64,000 bases of DNA from Candidatus Iainarchaeum sp. (GTDB taxonomy: Archaea > Iainarchaeota > Iainarchaeia > Iainarchaeales > JAGVWC01), in the NCBI GenBank assembly GCA_018304465.1, contig JAGVWC010000012.1, positions 999 to 64,998 of the forward strand, written 5' to 3'. Of the stretch, positions 44,427 through 53,740 are shown in pieces (the first letter of the stretch is position 1; each line of letters starts with the position of its first letter). The position numbers and the translations under genes are program-made. The notes beneath the pieces are model-generated. The model saw only the letters and a program-made list of their open reading frames with translations. It searched no databases and had not been told where the DNA came from.

Positions 44427-45047
44427 TCAAAAACCGGCTTTTTTTGTTTTGAACGCATCCACTAAGAGTTTTTCAAGCGGAATTTTTTTTTCTTCGATTT
44501 CGATTTTTTCCACCGTGCACACCGTGGCGGGTTTTTTGGGGCCAAGCGCGTCGCAGACTTCGGGACCGATGGATAAGTCGTGCGTGCCGAATTTTTTGGA
44601 TAAATCAATGATTTCTTGCTTGTCTAAGCACAGCAAGGGCCGCATCACGGACAGTTTCGTTGCCGGAGCGATCGCCGCGATGTTGGACAGCGTCTGACTG
44701 GATACTTGTCCGAGGTTTTCGCCGGTAATGATCATTTCGCACTTGTTTTCGTTGGCGATTGTTTCGGAAATGCGCAAAAACAAGCGTTTCATGAAAACAA
44801 AATAGTATTTATGATTCGCATCGCGGGCAAATTGGGACAGCATCGGTCCGATGTCGATCGTGGTGAAGGTTTTGGCCTGAATTTTTTCGGCGAGTGCTTT
44901 GGCTTTGGGAAGGCTTTGCATGCCAAACATGGGGTGCGCGGTAAAGTGCAAGGCGTGCACTTCGATTCCTTGTCGCTGGGCCAGTAAACCGGCGACGGGA
45001 GAATCGAATCCACCTGAAAGTAGCAGAAGTCCTTTGGTGTTGGCCAT
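44427..45047 (-). CDS. Stand-alone ThiI-type PP-loop ATP pyrophosphatase domain. Lacks the THUMP and N-terminal ferredoxin-like domains.
   Basis: PP-loop 'LLLSGGFDSPVAG', 'ITGENLGQVSSQTLSN' and 'RPLLCLDKQEII', with a Cys-containing 'EVCDALGPKKPAT' that matches the ThiI C-terminal half. Only 206 aa. Confidence 0.7.
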   Translation of the reverse strand: MANTKGLLLLSGGFDSPVAGLLAQRQGIEVHALHFTAHPMFGMQSLPKAKALAEKIQAKTFTTIDIGPMLSQFARDANHKYYFVFMKRLFLRISETIANENKCEMIITGENLGQVSSQTLSNIAAIAPATKLSVMRPLLCLDKQEIIDLSKKFGTHDLSIGPEVCDALGPKKPATVCTVEKIEIEEKKIPLEKLLVDAFKTKKAGF

Positions 45048-45128
45048 AGGGTATACCTGCTTCGAAAACCATTTAAAACGACAAAGACGAGAAAAACGGT
45101 TAAAAACGTATTCCTAGATTATAATCGC

Positions 45129-46301
45129 ATGCCGGAATCTTTTGACGTAGCGATTATTGGCGCCGGACCTGCGGGCGGTTCCGCCGCGGTGCACGCGGCC
45201 GAGCGGGGTCTTTCCGCGGTTATTTTGGAAGAACACGAGGTCGTGGGCGAACCCGTGCATTGCGGCGAGTGTTTGTCCCAAACCGCGATGGATCGCATGG
45301 GGTGGAAGTTTCCAAGCGAAGTGGTTTCGTTTCCGGTGAAAGGCGTTCGCACGATTTTTCCGAATAGCGAATCGCGGCTCTTGACCGAACCCGGCGTTGT
45401 GCTTGAAAAACAAAAGTGGGAGCAATTTATCGTAAACAAAGCCCAAGACAAAGGCGCTGAGTTGCGTTTGGGTCATCGCGTGAAAGGATTGGCCCGCGAA
45501 AAAGGGGTTTGGAAAATCGAGTCTTCCAAAGGCGATGTGTTCGGAAAGGTTTTGATGGATGGAAGCGGGGTTCAGTCGGTTTCGAATGCTCTTTTGAAGT
45601 TAAACAAGCGGTTTTCGGCTGTGGTCGGAATTCAATATGAAATGGAGGATATTCCGCGTGACGGCTGGCTGGATTTTTATTTGTGGCCGCATCTGGCCGC
45701 GCAAGGTTATCTTTGGATGATTCCAAAATCCGACGGGCGCGCGAACGTGGGGCTGGTTACGCATGACAATAACCAGGCGAAAGCGTGTTTGAATCAATTC
45801 GTCGCGCAGATGGGTTGGAAAGACAAGCCGATCGTCAAGACGTTTGGCGGTTTGATCCCGTCGTCAGGGGCCATGGAAAAAACGGTTTCCGACGGGTTGC
45901 TTTTGATTGGGGACGCCGCGGGTTTTACGTCGCCGTTGTTTGAAGGCGGAAGCCAGTTGGGTTTGATGAGCGGAAAATTGGCGGCGTTGACGGCAAAAGA
46001 AGGTTTGGATGCGAGCGATGTTTCCGCGGGTTTTTTGAAGCGTTACGAGACAAAGTGGAAAAAAGAGTTTCCGCCGTATGAAAAACTCATCAAGGGAAAA
46101 AACCAGTTGTATTCCTTGACGGAAAACGAATTAAACGAAGTGGCGCGCGTGCTTCCCCGAGAAATGGGCGGCACCAATTATTTGGATTATTTTAAGATTG
46201 GAATCAATATTACGGTTTCGAATCCGCAGTTATGGTCGCGCGGGGTCATGCGGGTTTTCGAAGCGTTCAAGTACAGTCGTTCAAGATTTTACGGCTGGTA
46301 A
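45129..46301 (+). CDS. Geranylgeranyl reductase family flavoprotein, second paralog.
   Basis: Contains '[16 protein letters not shown]', 'VHCGECLS' and '[14 protein letters not shown]'. Confidence 0.85.
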   Translation: MPESFDVAIIGAGPAGGSAAVHAAERGLSAVILEEHEVVGEPVHCGECLSQTAMDRMGWKFPSEVVSFPVKGVRTIFPNSESRLLTEPGVVLEKQKWEQFIVNKAQDKGAELRLGHRVKGLAREKGVWKIESSKGDVFGKVLMDGSGVQSVSNALLKLNKRFSAVVGIQYEMEDIPRDGWLDFYLWPHLAAQGYLWMIPKSDGRANVGLVTHDNNQAKACLNQFVAQMGWKDKPIVKTFGGLIPSSGAMEKTVSDGLLLIGDAAGFTSPLFEGGSQLGLMSGKLAALTAKEGLDASDVSAGFLKRYETKWKKEFPPYEKLIKGKNQLYSLTENELNEVARVLPREMGGTNYLDYFKIGINITVSNPQLWSRGVMRVFEAFKYSRSRFYGW

Positions 46302-46324
46302 ACAGTTTAGGGAGGAGATCGATA

Positions 46325-46936
46325 ATGGCAAATGAATTACCAAAACTACCGTATCCGTATAATGCGCTGGAGCCTTACATTGACGAAAACACAATGACGA
46401 TTCATCACACCAAGCATCATCAAGCGTACATCGATAAGTATGTGGCCGCCATTAGGGGGACCAAGTACGAAAAAATGGATGTGAACGCCGTGTTAAAAGA
46501 ATTGAATTCGGTTCCGGAAAACATCAAAAACGCGGTGCGAAACCACGGCGGAGGACACGCCAATCACTCGTTTTTTTGGCTTGTGATGGCCCCGAAAGCC
46601 GGCGGAACGCCAAGCGGAAAAATCGGCGAAGCCATCATGAAAACTTTCGGCTCGTTCGACAAATTCAAGGAAGAGTTTGCCGCCGCGGGAATGAACCGGT
46701 TCGGTTCGGGCTGGGCGTGGCTGGTGGTCAACAATGGAAAAATTGAAATCATGTCGACGCAAAACCAGGACTCGCCGCTTTCCGAAGGAAAGACACCGGT
46801 GCTGGGATTGGATGTATGGGAACACAGTTATTACATTCGATACTTTAACAAGCGTGCAGATTATATCGATGCGTGGTGGAATGTGGTGAATTGGCTGCAA
46901 GTGGAAAAAAATTATTTGGAGGCGATGAAAAAATAG
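46325..46936 (+). CDS. sod: Fe/Mn superoxide dismutase.
   Basis: Contains '[16 protein letters not shown]', '[10 protein letters not shown]', 'GSGWAWL' and 'DVWEHSYY'. The start was set at the ATG at 46325. Confidence 0.92.
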   Translation: MANELPKLPYPYNALEPYIDENTMTIHHTKHHQAYIDKYVAAIRGTKYEKMDVNAVLKELNSVPENIKNAVRNHGGGHANHSFFWLVMAPKAGGTPSGKIGEAIMKTFGSFDKFKEEFAAAGMNRFGSGWAWLVVNNGKIEIMSTQNQDSPLSEGKTPVLGLDVWEHSYYIRYFNKRADYIDAWWNVVNWLQVEKNYLEAMKK

Positions 46937-46959
46937 TCGTTTCTTTTTTTCTTCTTTTT

Positions 46960-48036
46960 TTATTTTTTCAGGTAAACCGTCTGCGTGGGAAACGCGAATT
47001 CGATTTTTGCTTTTTCAAATTCGGTTTTGATCTGCGTGTTCACGCGGTCTTTTATTTTTTGTGCAAACGGCCAGTCCGGGTTCAGAATGAAATACTGGAC
47101 GTAGATGTTGATGGAAGAATCCTTGAATTGATTGAATACCACCAATGGTTCGGGATCTTTTTCCAGTTCGTTTACGGACAAAAGAATGTTGCGAATGATT
47201 TGTTTTGCTTGTTCGATTTTTTTGGAGGGCGTTCCGTACACCAGGCCAAGATCCATGGTGACCCGACGTTTTGCAGTCTCGGTGAGATTCGTGATGACGG
47301 AACTCGCGAGTTTGGAATTCGGAACGGTTAAGAGCTGCTGGTCGCTGGTGCGAATGCGCGTGGTCCGAATTCCGACTTGTTCCACCATTCCGGTGGTTTG
47401 ATCGAAAGCGATCCATTCTCCGACGACAAAGGGCCTTGAAGTAAAGATGCTAAAACCGCCGAACACGTCGGCGATGGTTTGTTGCGCGGCAAACGCGATC
47501 GCGATTCCGCCGATTCCAAGCCCGACCAATGGAGCCGTGACATCGATGCCGAAAAAAGTATCCGCGATTAGAATGAGTGCCACGATAACGACGATGATTT
47601 TGAGTCCGCGACTGATCACGGGGACGAGTTGATCGTCAAGCCTGGACGCACTTTTTCGGGTCATTGGAAGAACGATTTCGCGTACGAATCCGTCCACGAG
47701 TTTGATCAAAAACCATGCGAATCCGAGCATGGTGGCCGCGCCGATGAGATTTTGAAGCGTTTTTTCGGCGCCTACGCCAAAGTCCACGACTTCGAGCGCG
47801 AACCAGAATCCGATGAGCAAAACGAAAAACAAGAGAGGGGTTTCGATGGCGTGAAGAAAAATGTCGTCGAGTTTGGATTTGGTGTATTTGGCGAACTGGG
47901 ACAGATAGTTTTTGATAACGAAATTCGCGATTTTTCCGAACACGAACGAGGCGATCAGTATGGTGACGAAACTGACGTACTGTAAAAGCGTGTTTCCGAA
48001 ATAAACCGTGGAAAGAAAATCAAAGTCAAGGGCCAT
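46960..48036 (-). CDS. Small-conductance mechanosensitive channel (MscS family).
   Basis: Three or four N-terminal TM helices, then 'GLGIGGIAIAFAAQQTIADVFGGFSIFTSRPFVVGEWI', which is the typical MscS pore/beta-domain junction. Confidence 0.85.
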   Translation of the reverse strand: MALDFDFLSTVYFGNTLLQYVSFVTILIASFVFGKIANFVIKNYLSQFAKYTKSKLDDIFLHAIETPLLFFVLLIGFWFALEVVDFGVGAEKTLQNLIGAATMLGFAWFLIKLVDGFVREIVLPMTRKSASRLDDQLVPVISRGLKIIVVIVALILIADTFFGIDVTAPLVGLGIGGIAIAFAAQQTIADVFGGFSIFTSRPFVVGEWIAFDQTTGMVEQVGIRTTRIRTSDQQLLTVPNSKLASSVITNLTETAKRRVTMDLGLVYGTPSKKIEQAKQIIRNILLSVNELEKDPEPLVVFNQFKDSSINIYVQYFILNPDWPFAQKIKDRVNTQIKTEFEKAKIEFAFPTQTVYLKK

Positions 48037-48072
48037 GAAAAGGGTGGGTGAAAAAAAGGTTAAAAAGAGATT

Positions 48073-48408
48073 TCATTGTTTGCCTTTGGCTTTCGGGTCG
48101 TGGGCGCGGGTTTTTTCTTTGTTGAAGTGTTCGAAGAAAACCACGGTGAGAAAAAAAAGCGACAGACTGAGGATTATTTTTTCGATGGGCAGGGCTTGCA
48201 GGAAAAATTGGGCGGTTTGTTCGGGTGAAAACCGCCAGAGCGTGTTTTGGGTGGCCCAGTTGTCCAACAGCAAGGAGAGTAACAGGACGCCGCCGAGTCC
48301 AAGTAGCAGTGGTTTTTGGTGTTTTGGAAAAATTGCCTGGGTGTACAGCAGAAAAATGGTGCATAAAAACACGATCAGGGAAAACCAGGAGTACGGCGGA
48401 ATCGTCAT
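48073..48408 (-). CDS. Lycopene-cyclase-domain protein, second half of a split pair (111 aa).
   Basis: Three-TM protein with 'LPIEKIILSL', which is PxE(E)-like. Its start overlaps the upstream partner's stop (ATGA). Only the C-terminal part of ORF 48073-48747 is used. Confidence 0.55.
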   Translation of the reverse strand: MTIPPYSWFSLIVFLCTIFLLYTQAIFPKHQKPLLLGLGGVLLLSLLLDNWATQNTLWRFSPEQTAQFFLQALPIEKIILSLSLFFLTVVFFEHFNKEKTRAHDPKAKGKQ

Positions 48409-48716
48409 AGGGTCACCTTTTGTTTGCATATTTGCCAGAACACGGCGTACAATAGGGGAATCGTGAGGAAAAACAGGAGTGCTTCGACGGGAATGCCGCC
48501 GATGAGAAATCCGCTCGACGCAATGGAATTGTATTGGAGGATTCCAAGGTTTAACACCCAGTATTCGAGCGCGAGAAAAATACTTCCGGAAAGCAATGCC
48601 GTGACGATGGTTTTTCCCCAGTGCAAGCGGGGTTTGAAGTATCCGACCAGTAATAGGACCAGTCCGACGATTACGGCGAGGTATCTGAAATATTCGAAGG
48701 CCATTTCGCAAAACAA
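48405..48716 (-). CDS. Lycopene-cyclase-domain protein, first half of a split pair (103 aa).
   Basis: Three-TM protein with 'GGIPVEALLFF', which resembles the 'PxEExLFF' motif of CrtYc/CrtYd and the fungal CarRA cyclase domain. Confidence 0.55.
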   Translation of the reverse strand: MFCEMAFEYFRYLAVIVGLVLLLVGYFKPRLHWGKTIVTALLSGSIFLALEYWVLNLGILQYNSIASSGFLIGGIPVEALLFFLTIPLLYAVFWQICKQKVTL

Positions 48717-48792
48717 TGGTCTTTGAAGAATTTAAAGGAAACGGCAAAAAACGGTCTGGTTTTTATGCATCAAAAACGTTGGTTTAACCGGT

Positions 48793-49572
48793 ATGGAAAA
48801 TCGAATCGTTTCATTGGCGCCAAGCAACACGGAGATTTTGTTCGGATTGGGCAAGGGCGCGGACATCGTCGGAGTCACGGCGTTTTGTGATTATCCCGAA
48901 GAAGCGAAATTGATTCCGAAAGTGGGGTCGTGGACGAAAGTGGACATGAAGAAGATCTCGGTGTTGCAGCCGGATTTGTGCGCGACTTCGACTTTTGTGC
49001 AAAAACCGATCGCCGACGAATTGGAGCAAAAAGGGTTTTCGGTGTTTCACGCGAATCCGAACGGGTTGGAAGACGTGTTCGCGAGCGTGGAAGCACTGGC
49101 TCGTCGAACGGGAGTGTCTGAAAAAGGCAAAGCGTTGGCGGATGGAATGCGAATCGGAATGAGTGAAATTGGTTTTTTGCGCGAGACCGATACGGTGCAG
49201 CCGAGCCTGTTTGTGTTGGAGTGGAATAATCCGTTGACGGTGTCGGGGAATTGGGTTCCGGAAATGGTGGAAATTGCGGGAGCGGTTCCGGTGCTTGCCC
49301 GGAAAGGAAAACCGAGTTTGTCCGTGACGACCGACCAGTTGATTGATGCAAACCCCGATTTGATCGTGGTGTCGTTGTGCGGTCGCGGAATCAAGGCGGA
49401 TCCGAACAAAGTGTTTTACAACAAGGAGTTGCAGCGTCTCGGCGCGTTCAAGTCCAAATCCGTGTACGTGGTGGATGACTCATTGTTGAATCGACCCGGA
49501 CCGCGTTTGGTGGAAGGGCTTTCCAAACTAACGGAGTGCATTGACGACTGGAAACAGCGCAGCTTCGGTTGA
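48793..49572 (+). CDS. TroA/BtuF-like (cluster A) substrate-binding protein with no evident signal peptide.
   Basis: Contains 'IVSLAPSNTEILFGLG...IVGVT..CDYP', 'QPDLC', 'PDLIVVS' and 'LLNRPGPRLVEGL', as in cobalamin/iron-siderophore binding proteins. Confidence 0.7.
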   Translation: MENRIVSLAPSNTEILFGLGKGADIVGVTAFCDYPEEAKLIPKVGSWTKVDMKKISVLQPDLCATSTFVQKPIADELEQKGFSVFHANPNGLEDVFASVEALARRTGVSEKGKALADGMRIGMSEIGFLRETDTVQPSLFVLEWNNPLTVSGNWVPEMVEIAGAVPVLARKGKPSLSVTTDQLIDANPDLIVVSLCGRGIKADPNKVFYNKELQRLGAFKSKSVYVVDDSLLNRPGPRLVEGLSKLTECIDDWKQRSFG

Positions 49573-49697
49573 CTTCAACATAACAAAACCGTTATAAAGT
49601 CGTACAGCGTTCTTCTACTATATGATCGATATCTTACTGTATCTGGTCATTGCGGCCCTGTTGTATTGGGTCTGGAAATACAAACGGTGAGTCCCCC

Positions 49698-49931
49698 ATG
49701 GGAATGACGGAAAATTTTTTCTCGTACCTGATGAAAATTTTTACGGCTTCCATCAAGGGTTTTGTGGCTTTCCTTTTTTTTGTTTTTTCCGCCGGAATGC
49801 TGTTTGGTTTGTTCATCAGCCGGTTTGATCCCGTGTTTTTGTTTTTGCCGCCGCTTTTGGGTTTGGTGTCATATTATAACGAAAAAGTGGCGATTTTGGC
49901 GTTTGTGTTGCTTTTGCTCATTTTTATCTGA
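49698..49931 (+). CDS. Small membrane protein (77 aa), hypothetical.
   Basis: Two hydrophobic helices, with GGTGA about 9 nt upstream of the ATG at 49698. It is the downstream part of ORF 49650-49931. Confidence 0.35.
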   Translation: MGMTENFFSYLMKIFTASIKGFVAFLFFVFSAGMLFGLFISRFDPVFLFLPPLLGLVSYYNEKVAILAFVLLLLIFI

Positions 49932-50153
49932 GACGGATTCGTAAAAGAATGCGGTTTTCGGATAGTGAGGCGGAGTAGCTCAATTTTTGGAAAATGGCCG
50001 AACAATTTATATTCTTTTCCCAGACAATTAATTGTATATTGATTCTAGCATGTGCTAGGGTTTCGTATCGATTTTTTTGGGTTCTGGGAACAATGGTAAC
50101 TGAGTAAAAATCAGTGACCACCGTGCAATCCAAGAAGTCGAATTGCTTTCGCG

Positions 50154-50396
50154 GTGTTTGGTGTGGCGTTTCGGTTAATCGATAATTATTTGGTTCCAAA
50201 GCATGAAATCGTTCCAAAGGAACAAATCGAAGAACTATTGAAGAAACTTGCAACGGATTCCAAAAAGCTTCCAAAACTTCTTCCCGACGACCCCATTGTG
50301 ACTGAAATCGGGGCAAAGCCGGGTGATATCATCAAAATTGACCGCTTCAGCCATACGGCTGGAAAAAGCGTGTATTATCGTTTAGTGGAGCAATAA
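50154..50396 (+). CDS. rpoH: DNA-directed RNA polymerase subunit H (Rpo5).
   Basis: Contains 'LVPKHEIVPKEQIEELLKKL...LPKLLPDDPIV..IGAKPGDIIKIDR.S.TAG.SVYYRLV'. The start codon is uncertain (GTG at 50154). Confidence 0.85.
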   Translation: MFGVAFRLIDNYLVPKHEIVPKEQIEELLKKLATDSKKLPKLLPDDPIVTEIGAKPGDIIKIDRFSHTAGKSVYYRLVEQ

Positions 50397-50410
50397 GTGG
50401 GGTTGAATCG

Positions 50411-51889
50411 ATGAAACAAAAGATTTCGCACTGGCCGTTAATCGAATCCTATTTTGCAGAGCGGACGATCGCCAAACAGGAAGTTGATTCGTTCAACCAG
50501 TTTTTGGATCAAAAGTTATCCGAAATCGTTGAAGAAAACAAAACCGTTACCCCAAAAATCGAAGAAGTAAAAATCGAATTTTCAAATATTGAAGTTTTTT
50601 CTCCGCGCATCGTTGAAGCCGACGGTTCTCCGCGTGCCAGTTTTTTTCCCATGGAAGCCCGCATTCGAAACCGAACGTACGCGGGACCGATTTTTTTAAC
50701 GATGAAATTGTTGCGCCGCGATGTCGAACAAGACGTCAAGCACGCGTACATCGGAGACATGCCGATCATGGTCAAATCCGGCAAATGTTGGTTGAACGGA
50801 AAAACAAATGATGAACTCGTCGAAATGGGCGAGGATCCGATGGACTTCGGGGGATATTTTATCGTGAACGGATCGGAAAAAGCCTTGATGACCCAGGAAG
50901 TCTTGGCGTCCGATCGGGTGATTATTTCGGAGAAAACCGAGGAAAAAGTTTCGGCGGAAGTCATTTCGACGCGCGGCGCCTTCAAGGGACGCGTGCGCAT
51001 CATGCGAACCGCGGACGGAATGCTGGGCGTCACGTTTCCCGCGTCTCCGCGAAAATTACGCTTGTTCGTATTGTTAAAAGCCCTGGGTTTGAAAAGCCGA
51101 AAAGATTTGATGGAAGCGTTTCCGGATGAAATGGAAATCCAAAACGACGTTTTGGTGAACCTTGAAAATACTCCGGTAAAAGACCAGGAAGAAGCATTGG
51201 ACCGGATCGGAAAGTTCGTGGCGCCAGGACAAGTCATTGATTATCGTTTGAAACGCGCGCAAGAAGTCATTGACGCGTTTTTGTTGCCGCACATCGGCCA
51301 GACCCAGGAATCGCGTCTTGCGAAAGCCTATTATCTGGTGATGATGGCGACCAAAGCCATGGAACGCGCGTATAACCTGCGCGAAGAAGACGACAAAGAC
51401 CATTACGTGAACAAGCGATTGGAGTTGTCCGGAAAGCTCATGGAGCACTTGTTTCGATACAGCTTCAAGTATTTTATCAAGGATTTGACGTTCCAGATCG
51501 ACCGCACGATTACACGGCGCAGAAAACTGAATATTTCAACCGTCGTTCGACCCGGCGCGATTACGGAACGGATTAAATTCGCGATGTCGACCGGAAACTG
51601 GATCGGTCGCGCGACAGGCGTTTCAAAATTCATGGACCGCACGAATTATTTGTCCCCGTTAACGGATCTGCGAAAAGTAAAGTCGCCGCTGGACAAAAAC
51701 CGCGAGTTGTACGAGGCCCGCGATGTGCACGGAACCCACTGGGGTCGCTTGTGCCCGATCGAAACCCCGGACGGACCCATGTGTGGACTCGTCAAAAACC
51801 TGGCGCTGCTCTCCGAAGTCACAACGGAAACCAGCGAAGAACCCGTCGAAAAAATGTTGTTGCGCATGGGCGTTTCATTGAAGAAGTGA
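50411..51889 (+). CDS. rpoB2: RNA polymerase subunit B'' (N-terminal half of a split Rpo2).
   Basis: Contains 'GGYFIVNGSEKALMTQE' and 'HWGRLCPIETPDGPMCGLVKNLAL'. Positioned between rpoH and rpoB'. Confidence 0.95.
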   Translation: MKQKISHWPLIESYFAERTIAKQEVDSFNQFLDQKLSEIVEENKTVTPKIEEVKIEFSNIEVFSPRIVEADGSPRASFFPMEARIRNRTYAGPIFLTMKLLRRDVEQDVKHAYIGDMPIMVKSGKCWLNGKTNDELVEMGEDPMDFGGYFIVNGSEKALMTQEVLASDRVIISEKTEEKVSAEVISTRGAFKGRVRIMRTADGMLGVTFPASPRKLRLFVLLKALGLKSRKDLMEAFPDEMEIQNDVLVNLENTPVKDQEEALDRIGKFVAPGQVIDYRLKRAQEVIDAFLLPHIGQTQESRLAKAYYLVMMATKAMERAYNLREEDDKDHYVNKRLELSGKLMEHLFRYSFKYFIKDLTFQIDRTITRRRKLNISTVVRPGAITERIKFAMSTGNWIGRATGVSKFMDRTNYLSPLTDLRKVKSPLDKNRELYEARDVHGTHWGRLCPIETPDGPMCGLVKNLALLSEVTTETSEEPVEKMLLRMGVSLKK

Positions 51890-51902
51890 GGATGAAAGGA
51901 TT

Positions 51903-53729
51903 ATGGCAAAGCAAGGAAAGGTTTACATTAACGGTCGCTTCATCGGATTCCATAACAATCCCGAGAAAGTCACGCGAGACCTTATTGGCGCGCGCCGCGA
52001 AGGAAAAATCGATCCGATTGTAAACGTCGCGTTTCACGGGGACACCAACGAAGTGTACATCAATACCGATGCGGGTCGCGTGCAACGCCCCTTGATCGTG
52101 GTGGAAAACGGAAAATCTTTGCTTACCGAAGACTTGGTTAAACAAGTCACGGACAAAAAACTCACTTGGAAAGACTTGGTCGCCAAGGGAATTATCGAAT
52201 ACCTGGACGCCGAAGAAGAAGAAAACACATTAGTGGCCGTGTCCGAACCCGAACTGAACAAGAATCACACGCACTTGGAAGTCGATGGCGCCGCGATTTT
52301 TTCGATCGTGACCGGGATGATTCCGTATGTCACGCACAATATGGCCGGAAAATCCTTGCACGGGGCCAAGATGTTTAAGCAAGCATTGGGTTTCGGAGCT
52401 TCGAATCTCGCGATCCGAACCGATACCGAATCGTACATGCTGCAGTATCCTCAAAAACACATGATCAAAACCAAGGTCATGGATTTGATCGGAATGGCCA
52501 AGCGACCGCAAGTCATTAACATGGTGGTCGCGATTTTGCCGTACCGCGGATTCAATATGTTGGACGCCGTGGTATTGAACAAAGGCGCCGTTGAACGCGG
52601 AATGGGCCGCGCGTTGTATTACCGCAATTACGAGTCTTTTGAAAACCGCTATCCCGGCGGACAAAAAGACCAGTTTGAACGCCCGACCGAAGAAACCGTC
52701 GGATTCATGGGTGAAGAATATTACAAGCACATCGGCGAAGACGGTTTGCCCGAATTGGAAACCGTGTTGAAGGAAAAAGCCGTTGTGATCGGAAAAACCT
52801 CGCCGCCGCGTTTTTTGGAAGAAATCAACGAATTCGGTGTCGTCAAGGAAAAACGACGCGAGTCCTCGATTCTTTCTCGTAAAGGAAAATCCGGAATCGT
52901 CGACAAAGTCGTGATCACGGAAGACGAAGCCGGAAACAAGCTTGTGAAGGTGAAAGTCCGAAGCGAAATGACCCCTGAATTGGGAGACAAGTTTTCGTCG
53001 CGCCACGGACAAAAAGGAGTCATCGGAGCGATTGTTGCCGAAGAAGACATGCCGTTTTCGGAAGACGGCGTGCGACCCGATTTGATTTTAAATCCGCACT
53101 CGGTACCAAGCCGTATGACCGTTGGTCACTTGCTTGAAATGCTGGGCGGAAAAGCGTATAGCGTCAGCCCGGAAACCCCGGATGGATTGGACGGAACGCC
53201 GTTCGAAGAAGTTCCGTACGAAGAACTCAAGGATATGCTTAAAGCCCGCGGATTCAGAAGCGATGGAAAAGAAACGTTTTACGACGGAGTCACCGGAGAA
53301 AAACTCGAAGGAGAATTGTTCGTCGGAGTCGTCGGATACCAGCGATTGTTCCACATGGTCTCGCACAAACTGCAGGCCCGCTCGCGCGGACCCGTCCAGA
53401 TTTTGACGCGCCAGCCAACCGAAGGAAAAGAAAAGGAAGGCGGTTTGCGATTCGGAGAAATGGAAGGCGAAACCCTGGTCGGTCACGGAGCCGCGATGCT
53501 TTTGCACGAAAAACTTATTGACGATTCGGACAAAACCGTCGAGCTCGTGTGCGAAAAATGCGGAATCATCGGAATCAACGACCAGATTCGCAACAAGAAG
53601 TATTGCCCGGTGTGCAACGGCAGCAGAGTATACCCGGTCGAAATGACGTACAGCTTCAAGTTGTTGCTCGATGAATTGAAAGCGTTGGGAATCCTGCCCC
53701 GAATCGTTTTGCGGGACAAGGTGCAGTGA
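51903..53729 (+). CDS. rpoB1: RNA polymerase subunit B' (C-terminal half of a split Rpo2).
   Basis: Contains 'GDKFSSRHGQKGVIG', 'PDLILNPHSVPSRMTVGHLLE', 'GGLRFGEMEGE' and a C-terminal Zn ribbon 'CEKCG...CPVCNG'. Confidence 0.95.
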   Translation: MAKQGKVYINGRFIGFHNNPEKVTRDLIGARREGKIDPIVNVAFHGDTNEVYINTDAGRVQRPLIVVENGKSLLTEDLVKQVTDKKLTWKDLVAKGIIEYLDAEEEENTLVAVSEPELNKNHTHLEVDGAAIFSIVTGMIPYVTHNMAGKSLHGAKMFKQALGFGASNLAIRTDTESYMLQYPQKHMIKTKVMDLIGMAKRPQVINMVVAILPYRGFNMLDAVVLNKGAVERGMGRALYYRNYESFENRYPGGQKDQFERPTEETVGFMGEEYYKHIGEDGLPELETVLKEKAVVIGKTSPPRFLEEINEFGVVKEKRRESSILSRKGKSGIVDKVVITEDEAGNKLVKVKVRSEMTPELGDKFSSRHGQKGVIGAIVAEEDMPFSEDGVRPDLILNPHSVPSRMTVGHLLEMLGGKAYSVSPETPDGLDGTPFEEVPYEELKDMLKARGFRSDGKETFYDGVTGEKLEGELFVGVVGYQRLFHMVSHKLQARSRGPVQILTRQPTEGKEKEGGLRFGEMEGETLVGHGAAMLLHEKLIDDSDKTVELVCEKCGIIGINDQIRNKKYCPVCNGSRVYPVEMTYSFKLLLDELKALGILPRIVLRDKVQ

Positions 53730-53740
53730 GGGATCTTGAC

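Noticed and set aside
48409-48747. The upstream half of the 224-aa ORF 48073-48747.
   Set aside because: This part overlaps the better-supported 103-aa lycopene-cyclase-domain ORF in another frame, and its translation is Arg/Pro-rich. Only the C-terminal 111 aa from the ATG at 48408 look like a membrane protein.
49960-50010. A tRNA-like string 'GGCGGAGTAGCTCAATTTTTGG' in the spacer before rpoH.
   Set aside because: It resembles a D-arm only. No acceptor stem complement, anticodon arm or GTTCRAATC T-loop follows. I found no convincing tRNA or rRNA anywhere in the window by eye.
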